From a virus: a DNA stretch of 49,067 nucleotides. Positions 1 through 7,776 of this stretch are shown here, one piece after another. The notes under the pieces were generated by a model that saw only the letters and a program-made list of their open reading frames with translations, did not search any database and had not been told where the DNA came from. Position 1 is the first letter of the stretch, and each line of letters starts with the position of its first letter. The position numbers and the translations under genes are program-made. The stretch is taken from positions 1-49,067 of the IMG/VR virus record IMGVR_UViG_3300027908_000009. One strand, given 5' to 3'.

Positions 1-99
1 CCGGCAAACTCCAAGATTTCCATATCAGTTGGACTACTCGCATTCCATTGGATGCGCAGAGAACCACCCTGCACATTATAGGTTATGCGAGCCATGGTC
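1..99. repeat. Terminal direct repeat. Bases 1-99 are identical to 48969-49067, so the contig is circular or terminally redundant with unit length 48,968 bp.
   Basis: The same string ccggcaaactccaagatttccatatcag...ttatgcgagccatggtc is read at both window ends. Confidence 0.95.
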
Positions 100-233
100 A
101 TATGGATGCTGGATTGGGTAGCCGATACCTTCGTTACTCCGTTCTCCCCCGTGCCATCACTTTCGTCTGTGAAGTGCATTATGAGATTTCTGGCGCCGCT
201 AACGACGATGGATGTGGTAACAGTATCGGCCAT
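1..233 (-). CDS. Hypothetical fibre-module protein. This is the 5' part of a 123-aa gene that spans the circular junction and continues at 48968 down to 48830.
   Basis: ATG at 233-231 follows an in-frame TAA and an AGGGG RBS-like element. The frame runs MADTVTTSIVVSGARNL...SIHMT straight into MARITYNVQGG, the track ORF at the other window end. Confidence 0.6.
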   Translation of the reverse strand, partial: MADTVTTSIVVSGARNLIMHFTDESDGTGENGVTKVSATQSSIHMTMARITYNVQGGSLRIQWNASSPTDMEILEFA

Positions 234-243
234 TTAAGTGCCC

Positions 244-1398
244 CTATTCGATGAATTTTCCGTTCGGATTGGACGGCTTTGAGAGTTCATGCGGCGCGGG
301 AATAGTCACGTTCAATTCCTCCCAAGCCGCACAGATATTCTCGTAAGTATCTTTCTTCCAAATAATGCGCTGATTGGGAGCCGCCCACGGAAACTGCGAA
401 CCCGCTTCCATCAGAGCTTCTCTCTTCCAGAACGAGGCCGTGTTAGCACGATACGGCGAATCTTCTGGCTCGATTGGAGTAAAGATCAAGTATGGCTTGC
501 CGCTATACTTGGCCAACTCGCATGGGCCATTGGCCACGAACAGATTGGCTTTCGCCAGATCGTAAAGCGCCATGCGAGTGTGAAGATTGATCGAGGCATC
601 GGGACAGATGCGGAAGCCGTCAATCTGCTCATTGGCCTTCTCAGTATCCCGAACGAATATAACTCGCTCGCCTTGAGCAACAAGATCATTAGCAAACCGT
701 ATCCAGGCAGCAAGATCGCTGTTGCGATGCGGCCAACTCTTGGCCTCTCGTAGAGTAATCGTGATCGGCGCTGATCCATCACCAAGCCATTTCTTCATGG
801 CCCTCAATGAACGCTCGGGAGCCTTGAATTGGGGTATTTCAGTGCCTTCATTAGCCTGTTCCACAATCTTGCGGATATGGCGCGTCACATAATACCGACC
901 ATTGGCAGCGTCGGTATGCTCGATGGCACCTACCAACTCAAGCGCAGGCTTCACCACATTATCGAACATCACCTGGCTTTCAGGAAGATAAATCCCATCC
1001 TTGCCATTCCGACCGAACCAGAAATGCACCTTCAACGGAGGGGGTGCCCCTTCCATCCTGCGGTGCATTTCAGCATCTATAATCCAGTTCATGAAGTCGT
1101 AGCAGATAGAACCCGCCGGCATGTTGTAAACAACCAGATTAGCCGGCGCATTCGGTGGACGTGGCGGCATCTGCCGATTGACCCGCATTTCCCCGATATG
1201 CTCGGCAACACAACGAACAGCGTTTTCCGCCTTCAAGTCCAGCAATCGATCGCCGGTAAATCCACCGATGGAATCGTTGGTAAATTCTTCCACCCCGACA
1301 AAGACTCCATAACCAATCTTGGGGTTTTCCCTGACTTGTCTCAGAAAGTCCTCGAAGAAAGCTATTACCTGAGCGTGGCCGCCTGCCTGAATTGTCAT
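244..1398 (-). CDS. Putative GT-B glycosyltransferase, GT9 (heptosyltransferase)-like C-terminal domain
   Basis: 384 aa. The segment ITITLREAKSWPHRN..WIRFANDLVAQGERVIFV..INLHTRMALYDLAKANLFVANGPCELAKYSGKPYLIF fits the GT9 Rossmann pattern as I remember it. It is the last gene of the capsid block. Confidence 0.5.
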   Translation of the reverse strand: MTIQAGGHAQVIAFFEDFLRQVRENPKIGYGVFVGVEEFTNDSIGGFTGDRLLDLKAENAVRCVAEHIGEMRVNRQMPPRPPNAPANLVVYNMPAGSICYDFMNWIIDAEMHRRMEGAPPPLKVHFWFGRNGKDGIYLPESQVMFDNVVKPALELVGAIEHTDAANGRYYVTRHIRKIVEQANEGTEIPQFKAPERSLRAMKKWLGDGSAPITITLREAKSWPHRNSDLAAWIRFANDLVAQGERVIFVRDTEKANEQIDGFRICPDASINLHTRMALYDLAKANLFVANGPCELAKYSGKPYLIFTPIEPEDSPYRANTASFWKREALMEAGSQFPWAAPNQRIIWKKDTYENICAAWEELNVTIPAPHELSKPSNPNGKFIE

Positions 1399-1613
1399 CG
1401 TGGAGAACCATCAGCCTGACGGGTGACGGCAATATTGACCCACATGGCAACCTCACGAAACTTGCGTAAAATGTAGGTTTTATCTGGGCCCTCTGGCAGG
1501 CCAGCATCAAGAGCTTGCGCATAGACGGAAGCTCGTTGGCGCAAATCGCCCATAGTGGTCATTTGCTCGTCGGTAGGCTTGAGATATTCAAACGTCGAAG
1601 TATGTAACGTCAT
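1395..1613 (-). CDS. Hypothetical small protein (72 aa from the internal ATG)
   Basis: ATG at 1613 is preceded by AGGAAATAGGAAAAC. Its stop overlaps the start of the GT gene (ATGA). Confidence 0.5.
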   Translation of the reverse strand: MTLHTSTFEYLKPTDEQMTTMGDLRQRASVYAQALDAGLPEGPDKTYILRKFREVAMWVNIAVTRQADGSPR

Positions 1614-1688
1614 GTCTGTTTTCCTATTTCCTGTGGTTGAAAAGGGGCGATCCGAGGGCTCAGACCGCCCCACTTACGTCATCAAAAC

Positions 1689-2648
1689 CTAAGCTGGCTT
1701 TACGCCAAAGATAGCATCGCCGGCGCCAAAGGCGGACGGATCGAGAGAGACGGCCACAAGAAGCGCCCGAGTGGCATTTGATGCTGTAGCCGTGCCCACA
1801 TAGATCGTTCCGCGAACATCGCCGGTAGTCGAGGTCGCCGGACTCGTAGTGTCGGCAAACGTGAACGCCGATGCGGTGCCGAAAGGAGTTGTCGCCGTCA
1901 CAGCAAGTGAACCGGCCCACCATACGTTGGCATAACTTACCGTATTGACCCGGAGCGGAAAGCCGAACACATCGCCCGTTCCTACCGTGACGCCAGTGGA
2001 ATGCAGCGTTCCCGTCGGTACAATCGAGGAAATGAATTTGAATGCCTTTTTCCCCGAGGCCACCGCCGTTACAACTCCGGCTATGGTTTCCGTCTGCGTA
2101 TAGCCATAGAGGTCATAGCCATTGACGGTATAGAAACCAGCCGAGTCATCGGCATTTGTGGTAATACGGACGTTTCGAGCGATCGCCTTGGTCGGATCGT
2201 ACAACGATACCATCGGATTGCCGCTCGATGGCTGCGTGACTGCCTGATACGGCGTGATAAGACCCGGCAAGCCGTCGATCACCAATGTATTGGCGGGAAT
2301 GACATTCCCCGATGCCCACACCGTAACGCCAGTCGATCCGACAAGTGTAACACCACTATTCGCAGTGGTTACAAGAGTCAGCGCCACGCCCGACGTAGCC
2401 GTGTTGGCGCCTGCGATATTCGTTGCCGTCAGGGTTTGCGGAACCTGATTGATGACGGGGACAAAAGCGCCGCCACTCCCCATCCATTCAATGCAACCCC
2501 ATCGACTGGTATTGTAGCCAGCCCGATCATCGAGTACACCAACGCCCTGTCCAAAAGCGGATGGGCCTTTATTCGGATTGTTTGAACCGCCTTGACCCAA
2601 TGCGTTGCGATTGCCATAAACAATCAGCGGGCCTTCAAATGCAGTCAT
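1689..2648 (-). CDS. Thr/Gly/Val-rich virion protein encoded just after the capsid gene (head fibre or decoration candidate)
   Basis: 319 aa with beta-rich T/S/G/V composition. It sits directly downstream of the MCP terminator. The family was not recognised. Confidence 0.5.
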   Translation of the reverse strand: MTAFEGPLIVYGNRNALGQGGSNNPNKGPSAFGQGVGVLDDRAGYNTSRWGCIEWMGSGGAFVPVINQVPQTLTATNIAGANTATSGVALTLVTTANSGVTLVGSTGVTVWASGNVIPANTLVIDGLPGLITPYQAVTQPSSGNPMVSLYDPTKAIARNVRITTNADDSAGFYTVNGYDLYGYTQTETIAGVVTAVASGKKAFKFISSIVPTGTLHSTGVTVGTGDVFGFPLRVNTVSYANVWWAGSLAVTATTPFGTASAFTFADTTSPATSTTGDVRGTIYVGTATASNATRALLVAVSLDPSAFGAGDAIFGVKPA

Positions 2649-2697
2649 CGTCGTTCTCCTGGCCGCCCACGTAAACGGCCCATTGTGTCGTGTCGGG

Positions 2698-2728
2698 TGA
2701 AAGAAAAACCCCGCATTTGCGCGGGGCT
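2698..2728 (-). terminator. Rho-independent terminator immediately after the major capsid gene
   Basis: Minus-strand RNA reads CCCCGC-gcaaau-GCGGGG followed by UUUUUCUUU. The stem is 2709-2714/2721-2726. Confidence 0.8.
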
Positions 2729-2739
2729 AAGTTTGGGGA

Positions 2740-3651
2740 CTACACGCCGGCAGTTGCATACAGTTGGCGGAAGTCTGACCAGCCGACCGAATAACGTTCG
2801 TAGGAAGCCGCTTTCGCGTTCTTCGTATCGAAGTCGTTATCCTGATCGAACATGATCGCATCACGAGTGTAATGCTTCATGCCTTCCGGACAGTTCGTCC
2901 TAATGAACCAGGCTGTTGCTGACGTGAAGTAGTGGTTCATCATAATGCCCTTGGGGAACACATTGGTTGCCTTGAGCACGTTGATCGCGTTGTTGGCCGT
3001 GTCGTTCTGCAGCACGGATTTCAGGACGCGATTTGACTCGAACCACAACTGCGTCGGCACATGTATGGATTCCGGCATGAAAGAGATTTTCAAGCCACGT
3101 CCATTGAGTGCCTGCATGACTTGGATAACCAGATTCTCGATTGATGCTTCGGACAAGTCCGCTGCGGTCGTGAGCTGGTTTGACTGATTACCACCCGTAG
3201 TCGTCGGATGGGCCGTGCTGATAAGCGGCTGTCCGTCACCGCCAGTGAACGAGGAATTGAATGCGCGATTGTAGACGTTTGCGCACACATTCTCTTTCGT
3301 CTGACGAAACGAGAAGGCCAATTGCTTCGCCCGACGCTTGCTGACGACTTCGTAAAGATCGTCGCGCAATTCCTCGAATGTCACGATGTAGCCAAGCGCA
3401 TACGCAACGTGCGTGTAGCGCGTGACCGCGGCCTGGACTTCGGTATCGTAGTCGATTGCAGAACCCTGCGGCTTGATCGGGGCAAGCCCGAAGCCGGAGA
3501 TTTCCACGTCCTCCTCGTATGCCTTGTCCGAGGTCTCGGTATCGAACAGATCGGGCCATTCCTCTTTGTGTTCCGCGTAGGAACGCCCCCACCAGGCCTT
3601 GATACCGGGCCAGAGTGCTTTTGGATGTGCGCCAGTTGTGATAACGGCCAT
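2740..3651 (-). CDS. Major capsid protein (HK97-fold type)
   Basis: 303 aa. The N-terminus TTGAHPKALWPGIKAWWGRSY resembles podovirus MCP families from memory. It lies after the scaffold gene and is followed by a strong terminator. Confidence 0.75.
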   Translation of the reverse strand: MAVITTGAHPKALWPGIKAWWGRSYAEHKEEWPDLFDTETSDKAYEEDVEISGFGLAPIKPQGSAIDYDTEVQAAVTRYTHVAYALGYIVTFEELRDDLYEVVSKRRAKQLAFSFRQTKENVCANVYNRAFNSSFTGGDGQPLISTAHPTTTGGNQSNQLTTAADLSEASIENLVIQVMQALNGRGLKISFMPESIHVPTQLWFESNRVLKSVLQNDTANNAINVLKATNVFPKGIMMNHYFTSATAWFIRTNCPEGMKHYTRDAIMFDQDNDFDTKNAKAASYERYSVGWSDFRQLYATAGV

Positions 3652-3663
3652 TGGTTATCTCCC

Positions 3664-4293
3664 CTACCCGCCCGCTTCCTGGTTCGCGTACTGATAGTTA
3701 TTCAGCTTCACGAGCCATTTGGCGTTCATGTTGGTGTTGGTGGTAGTACCAATGAGGTTATCGGCACTGTTGAGCGGCCGAATGATCTTCACGTCCAGCG
3801 TGTTCGTGGTCGCGACCGTAGATGCCGCAAGCTGCCAGCCCGAATAGCCAGTCGTGGTGTTACCCGTACCGGAGGCCAGAGTGGCATTCTTACCGGCCCA
3901 AACCTGCGGCGCAAATGTGGTTTGGGACGAAGCGTCGTCCTGCACCGCGTAGAGCACCGTAGGATCGTCACAGACGAGAATGTACTGTGCCGTGGAGGCC
4001 GGATGATAGGTCGGAAGGTCGCGAGTGACCGCAATCGTGGCCGCAGCAAATGGGCCACCGTCCACGATGCCGAGCATCACGCCGATGATCGGAGAACCAG
4101 TCACACCGATTTGAACGGCGGGAATACCGTTCGCGTCGTTGCTTGCGCTGTGCACCGTCAACGGATCGCCGATGTAAAGGGCGGTGCCGTATCCCGATGC
4201 GACATAGTAGATGTTGCCCGAGCCGTTCCACACGCTACCGTCATAGTGAGCGTATGGGATCAGGCCACGGGCGACGTTCGTATTCGTCGCCAT
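3664..4293 (-). CDS. Putative auxiliary or decoration head protein
   Basis: 209 aa, beta-rich, located immediately upstream of the MCP and 12 nt from it. No enzymatic motif was seen. Confidence 0.4.
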   Translation of the reverse strand: MATNTNVARGLIPYAHYDGSVWNGSGNIYYVASGYGTALYIGDPLTVHSASNDANGIPAVQIGVTGSPIIGVMLGIVDGGPFAAATIAVTRDLPTYHPASTAQYILVCDDPTVLYAVQDDASSQTTFAPQVWAGKNATLASGTGNTTTGYSGWQLAASTVATTNTLDVKIIRPLNSADNLIGTTTNTNMNAKWLVKLNNYQYANQEAGG

Positions 4294-4338
4294 GGGTTAA
4301 ACTCCCCACGTATGAATTTCAGAAAATGGTGATAGCGA

Positions 4339-4818
4339 CTATTTGCCGTGTACGATTTTGATTCCCTGAGCGGGAATGTAGCGGCCGTCGCCTTCTTGCC
4401 TGTCAGCTTGGCCGCGCTTGATTACGGCCTCTTTTTCATCAACCAGCTGCTGTTGCGCAGCTATATCTTCGTCGTACCATTCCTGGGGTATTTCCATCAA
4501 GAATCCATGCATCGGGCCGCCACCCTCGGCAACACCGACAACCATGGAGACGTTCTTGCCTTCGCTGTTCTTGACGTGCTCGTAACCCGCTTCCTGAGCG
4601 CGGCTGATACGATCCTTAACGTCATTGAACCAATGCCTGTGGAAGCCTTCCCGCTTGGGATAGGCCATCGTTTGTTCCATCGTGCCGAACGGCTTGCGAT
4701 TGCGCGGTGGCCGTGCGGGAGCAATCGTTTCATTGAAGGTTGAAGCTGCCTGACCTTCAACTTGATATTTCGGAAGTGGCGGGCGTCCTACCGGACGCTT
4801 CTGCTGTAATTCATCCAT
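4339..4818 (-). CDS. Hypothetical head-module protein
   Basis: 159 aa lying between the scaffold and capsid genes. The basic N-terminus is GRPPLPKY. Confidence 0.5.
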   Translation of the reverse strand: MDELQQKRPVGRPPLPKYQVEGQAASTFNETIAPARPPRNRKPFGTMEQTMAYPKREGFHRHWFNDVKDRISRAQEAGYEHVKNSEGKNVSMVVGVAEGGGPMHGFLMEIPQEWYDEDIAAQQQLVDEKEAVIKRGQADRQEGDGRYIPAQGIKIVHGK

Positions 4819-4948
4819 TGCCTTGGTCCTTGGATTTGGTCTTTTTCAATTCATCGACCAGAACGATTGTAAAGTCATGACCGCGCTTCCAGACATCCGG
4901 TCCCCATTCGAGCCTTACGCCCGGCAGGATTTCCTTGCTGTCTTTCAT
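4811..4948 (-). CDS. Hypothetical 45-aa protein below the ORF-track threshold
   Basis: Its ATG overlaps the scaffold stop (TGATG) and its stop overlaps the next start. Translation is MKDSKEILPGVRLEWGPDVWKRGHDF... Confidence 0.4.
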   Translation of the reverse strand: MKDSKEILPGVRLEWGPDVWKRGHDFTIVLVDELKKTKSKDQGNG

Positions 4949-5769
4949 CACACATCCCAATCGTAATCTGCTACGTATTTCTCTTTCGTATAACCGGGAA
5001 TGGTTTTTACGAACTTGTCGCAGGCTTTCTTGGCTTCCGCCGGCAGGTTCTCATAGCTCTTGGCGTTTCTGCGAGTGCCGTTTGTTCCGCCAGATGGCGT
5101 AGCCACGGATGCTGCATTCTCCCGATTTGGATTGATCCCGAATTTCTCCGGGAATTTATCCATTGTGCGCCGTTTAGTTTCGGCAAGCAGTTCGGCAACA
5201 GGAACACCAGGCTTATTCCGCTGCAATGAATCGTAGACATCAATTGCAAAGCCATTCAAGGCGCGGTCGCGATTAAACCACGGCTCTTTGGTGATCCAAT
5301 CTTGGATTTCAGGATCAACTTGAACGGTCTGTTGTTGTTCAGGCTTTTTTGGCGGCACAACAGGCGTGTAAGCCTTGTTGAGCGCGTCCAATTCGACCAT
5401 GGCGCCGCGCACGGCATTCGCATCTGCGTTCGCAGCCGATGCCTCGATCTTGGCCTCGATTTCAGCCTTGGCCCGATTGTAGGCGCGTTCCTCGGATTTC
5501 GAGGTAAATTCCACAAGAGCCTTGGCGGATTCCTTGGTCTCGCGGAGTTCGGTTTCGAGACTGTCCAGCCGCCGTTGCAGCCGGTCATTGTTGCGCAGCG
5601 CAATCGGTAGAATCTTCTCGCCGCGCTCAAGAAATTCGTCCGCGGGACGCCAATGCTCAGGATCGCCCTTGAATTCGTCTTTCGCTACCCATCCCAATCG
5701 GCGGGCGCGGTTTTCAGATTCAGTTGGTGCATTTAGTGGCGCGTCATCGGCGCCTTGTACATCGCTCAT
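4948..5769 (-). CDS. Scaffolding protein
   Basis: 273 aa, highly charged coiled-coil (RLDSLETELRETKESAKALVEF..AKAEIEAKIEA). It sits between the portal and capsid genes. Confidence 0.65.
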   Translation of the reverse strand: MSDVQGADDAPLNAPTESENRARRLGWVAKDEFKGDPEHWRPADEFLERGEKILPIALRNNDRLQRRLDSLETELRETKESAKALVEFTSKSEERAYNRAKAEIEAKIEASAANADANAVRGAMVELDALNKAYTPVVPPKKPEQQQTVQVDPEIQDWITKEPWFNRDRALNGFAIDVYDSLQRNKPGVPVAELLAETKRRTMDKFPEKFGINPNRENAASVATPSGGTNGTRRNAKSYENLPAEAKKACDKFVKTIPGYTKEKYVADYDWDV

Positions 5770-6161
5770 GGCTTATCCTTTGCCTGTACGCCGCCGACAC
5801 ATTTGTCGTCCATGAGGCGGTATTCCACACCATCGTTACCTAGGATGACTTTGCCGGCATATCTGTCGAAATAAATGCGGTCGCCTACAATGGGCTTGTA
5901 GCCGCTCCATGGGCGCGTCCTATCGCCGTTCCAGGTGAAAGCGTCATCACCTAATGCAATGAGGACGCCCGAACTACCGGCCAACTGCGCCCGATCCTGG
6001 ACCTCATCGGGGAGCCGGATGGCTCCTGACATTGAAGCCGCAATATCGGGCCGTACTAGAACCCGGTCTCCGATTGGAATGCACCCGGATTCATTCTTTC
6101 CGAAGTACGGGGCGGGAATGTACTCCGCTTTTCTAGTCGTCAGTAGGCGTGGCTGCATCAC
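5766..6161 (-). CDS. GroES/Cpn10-like co-chaperonin
   Basis: IPIGDRVLVRPD..GAIRLPDEV..GVLIALGDD...VGDRIYFDRYAGKVI..DGVEYRLM aligns by eye with GroES (P-DRVLV, I-LP mobile loop, VGD-V-F). Confidence 0.7.
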   Translation of the reverse strand: MMQPRLLTTRKAEYIPAPYFGKNESGCIPIGDRVLVRPDIAASMSGAIRLPDEVQDRAQLAGSSGVLIALGDDAFTWNGDRTRPWSGYKPIVGDRIYFDRYAGKVILGNDGVEYRLMDDKCVGGVQAKDKP

Positions 6162-6390
6162 TATCTCTTTCCTTATAGAACGCCGTTATGGTGTCGTAGT
6201 TGACTGTTTCGACCTCTAACAATTCTCTTATGCGTCCCCGCGCTTCCTGATTTGCAAACGTATCATCGCCATTGAGCCACGCTTCCGTGGCGGCAACGGT
6301 TAGATCGTTTGCACGGTCTTTCAGGAATTGACGGAAGAATTGAGTGGCTGGATGATTACGCCATTCGCCGTATTGTTCGCGGGTAATCAT
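6133..6390 (-). CDS. Hypothetical protein
   Basis: 85-aa ORF in operon orientation that overlaps its neighbours. Confidence 0.5.
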   Translation of the reverse strand: MITREQYGEWRNHPATQFFRQFLKDRANDLTVAATEAWLNGDDTFANQEARGRIRELLEVETVNYDTITAFYKERDSDAATPTDD

Positions 6391-6563
6391 TTAACAAGTG
6401 ATTCCAGCAAAAGAGCAATGAGGCGCTTCGATACGCTTTCGATTTCTTCTGGCGAGAATTGATAGTTGTCATCAAGGCGAAGAACCGCAGCATGAACACC
6501 CTTGACTTTTGTCAAACTGTTAATGCGATCATCTTCATCAAAAACAATATGGATCGAAGCCAT
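6387..6563 (-). CDS. Hypothetical protein (58 aa from the internal ATG)
   Basis: ATG at 6563 follows GTGAGG, and the stop overlaps the next start. Confidence 0.45.
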   Translation of the reverse strand: MASIHIVFDEDDRINSLTKVKGVHAAVLRLDDNYQFSPEEIESVSKRLIALLLESLVK

Positions 6564-6570
6564 GCCTGCC

Positions 6571-6963
6571 TCACTTTGCCTTATGCCTATGGTGCCCAAT
6601 CGCCGACTGCGGATCGACATGCAATCCTGCCGGGGGTGGTCGCGTTACCTTCTCATGCTCTATCTTGGCCAGATAGCCGTCGATTTCAGCCGAATACTCT
6701 TTCCAACTCACGCCGTCAGCTTCTACAGCGCGGCGCTCCATTGGAGTGGCGACTTTAGTGTGTGCGCGATCATAAGAGAATCCACGGGCCTCCGCTGCCG
6801 CCTCGTAGGTCTCGTGCGTGCCTAGATATTTCCAGAGATTAGCGGGCTTGCCGTCTTTGGTTCTCAGTCGCGGAGAATACTGCGGTATTCTGCGGTCCAC
6901 ATAGACCGTATCACCCTTGGAATCCGCACCTGATACGATGTCATAGCGGTTATCGAATTTCAC
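6571..6963 (-). CDS. Hypothetical protein
   Basis: 130-aa ORF with a GTG start, in operon orientation. Confidence 0.5.
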   Translation of the reverse strand: MKFDNRYDIVSGADSKGDTVYVDRRIPQYSPRLRTKDGKPANLWKYLGTHETYEAAAEARGFSYDRAHTKVATPMERRAVEADGVSWKEYSAEIDGYLAKIEHEKVTRPPPAGLHVDPQSAIGHHRHKAK

Positions 6964-7168
6964 GGCGCTTATTGTGCTCAGTCACAGTAAATGGTTGATC
7001 GAGCACATACAGCAGTGCAGGCGTTATAGTTTTGTCGATCGTGTATGGCAATGGCTGGATGTTCTGAAACCGCACTGGTTTCACTTCGGTTTTCATCATC
7101 AGCAGTTCCGACAAATAGACGGCAACTCCATCCTATCTGGTGGAATTGCCGGTATCTGACTTTCAGTT

Positions 7169-7384
7169 CTATAGCCTCGGAAAGTGCATTTGGCCGCCAC
7201 CCCCTGCGAGCAGCGTCAATGCGCCAATCAGGCAAAGGATCAAGACTATGCACCATATCGCCTGCTCGATACGGCCCGGAATGGCGATGAAAAGCTTAAC
7301 CACATACAGCGCCAGCCAGACAACACCGAGCAGTACGATAACGCCGATGAGCAGCCATAGGATCGCTATGGCCAACTCAATCAC
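7169..7384 (-). CDS. Small membrane protein with two TM segments
   Basis: MIELAIAILWLLIGVIVLLGVVWLALYVV...IWCIVLILCLIGALTLLA. Confidence 0.6.
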   Translation of the reverse strand: MIELAIAILWLLIGVIVLLGVVWLALYVVKLFIAIPGRIEQAIWCIVLILCLIGALTLLAGGGGQMHFPRL

Positions 7385-7716
7385 TGTGTCGCCTCAACCG
7401 GCTTGAAGATTGATCCGCTCGGCTTCGTATCGGCCGCCTTCGCATCTGCGGCAAACTTCGCCTCGTTAGCCTTGGCTTCCTCGATCTTTGCTTGCGCCGC
7501 TTTCTTATCGATTTCCTTCTGTTCCAGTTCTTCCACAATGACCCAGCCAAGGCCTGGCTTGGGCCAAACGCGGCCGGCAGGATCGAAGTAGGCAGGAACA
7601 CCGAGCTGTGCACCGGCCTTTCCGGTCAGCAACTCGTTCATTTCCGAGGCTGACGTTTCTTTCATTTCAATGAAAGCATTGGTCTTGGGTAAGAGTGCGA
7701 ATCTACGTAGCGTCAT
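7381..7716 (-). CDS. Hypothetical Lys/Ala-rich protein
   Basis: ATG at 7716 is preceded by AAGGA. The track ORF extends further 5' without an RBS. Confidence 0.5.
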   Translation of the reverse strand: MTLRRFALLPKTNAFIEMKETSASEMNELLTGKAGAQLGVPAYFDPAGRVWPKPGLGWVIVEELEQKEIDKKAAQAKIEEAKANEAKFAADAKAADTKPSGSIFKPVEATQ

Positions 7717-7776
7717 AACCGTTATCCTTCTGCAGAGCCCCATGTGAGGCCAGCGCGATAACGTGCAATGCCATAT

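Noticed and set aside
1-99. The terminal 99-bp repeat as a biological direct terminal repeat.
   Set aside because: Its exact length and perfect identity at the contig ends are what an assembler k-mer overlap produces on a circular or permuted genome, and a gene reads through it. This cannot be decided without reads.
48-254. 68-aa plus-strand ORF at the window start.
   Set aside because: It is antisense to the junction-spanning minus-strand gene, which has a proper start, an RBS and continuity with the other window end.
3208-4332. 374-aa plus-strand ORF, the longest of many antisense ORFs. Others are 829-1419, 2001-2585, 26169-26927, 27459-28100, 32545-33156, 34721-35332, 37846-38412, 46585-47349, and the minus-strand 21328-21795.
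   Set aside because: They lie antisense to well-supported genes with recognisable motifs. Their composition is Arg/Ser/Cys-rich and low in complexity, typical of shadow frames. They also lack RBSs and coupling to neighbours.
6964-7168. Coding assignment of the gap between 6963 and 7169. Candidates are minus-strand 6978-7256, a roughly 48-aa minus-strand ORF from 7097, and plus-strand 6974-7159, 7045-7290 and 7140-7406.
   Set aside because: The three or more candidate frames overlap each other and the neighbouring genes. None has a convincing RBS or motif. The region is left unannotated.
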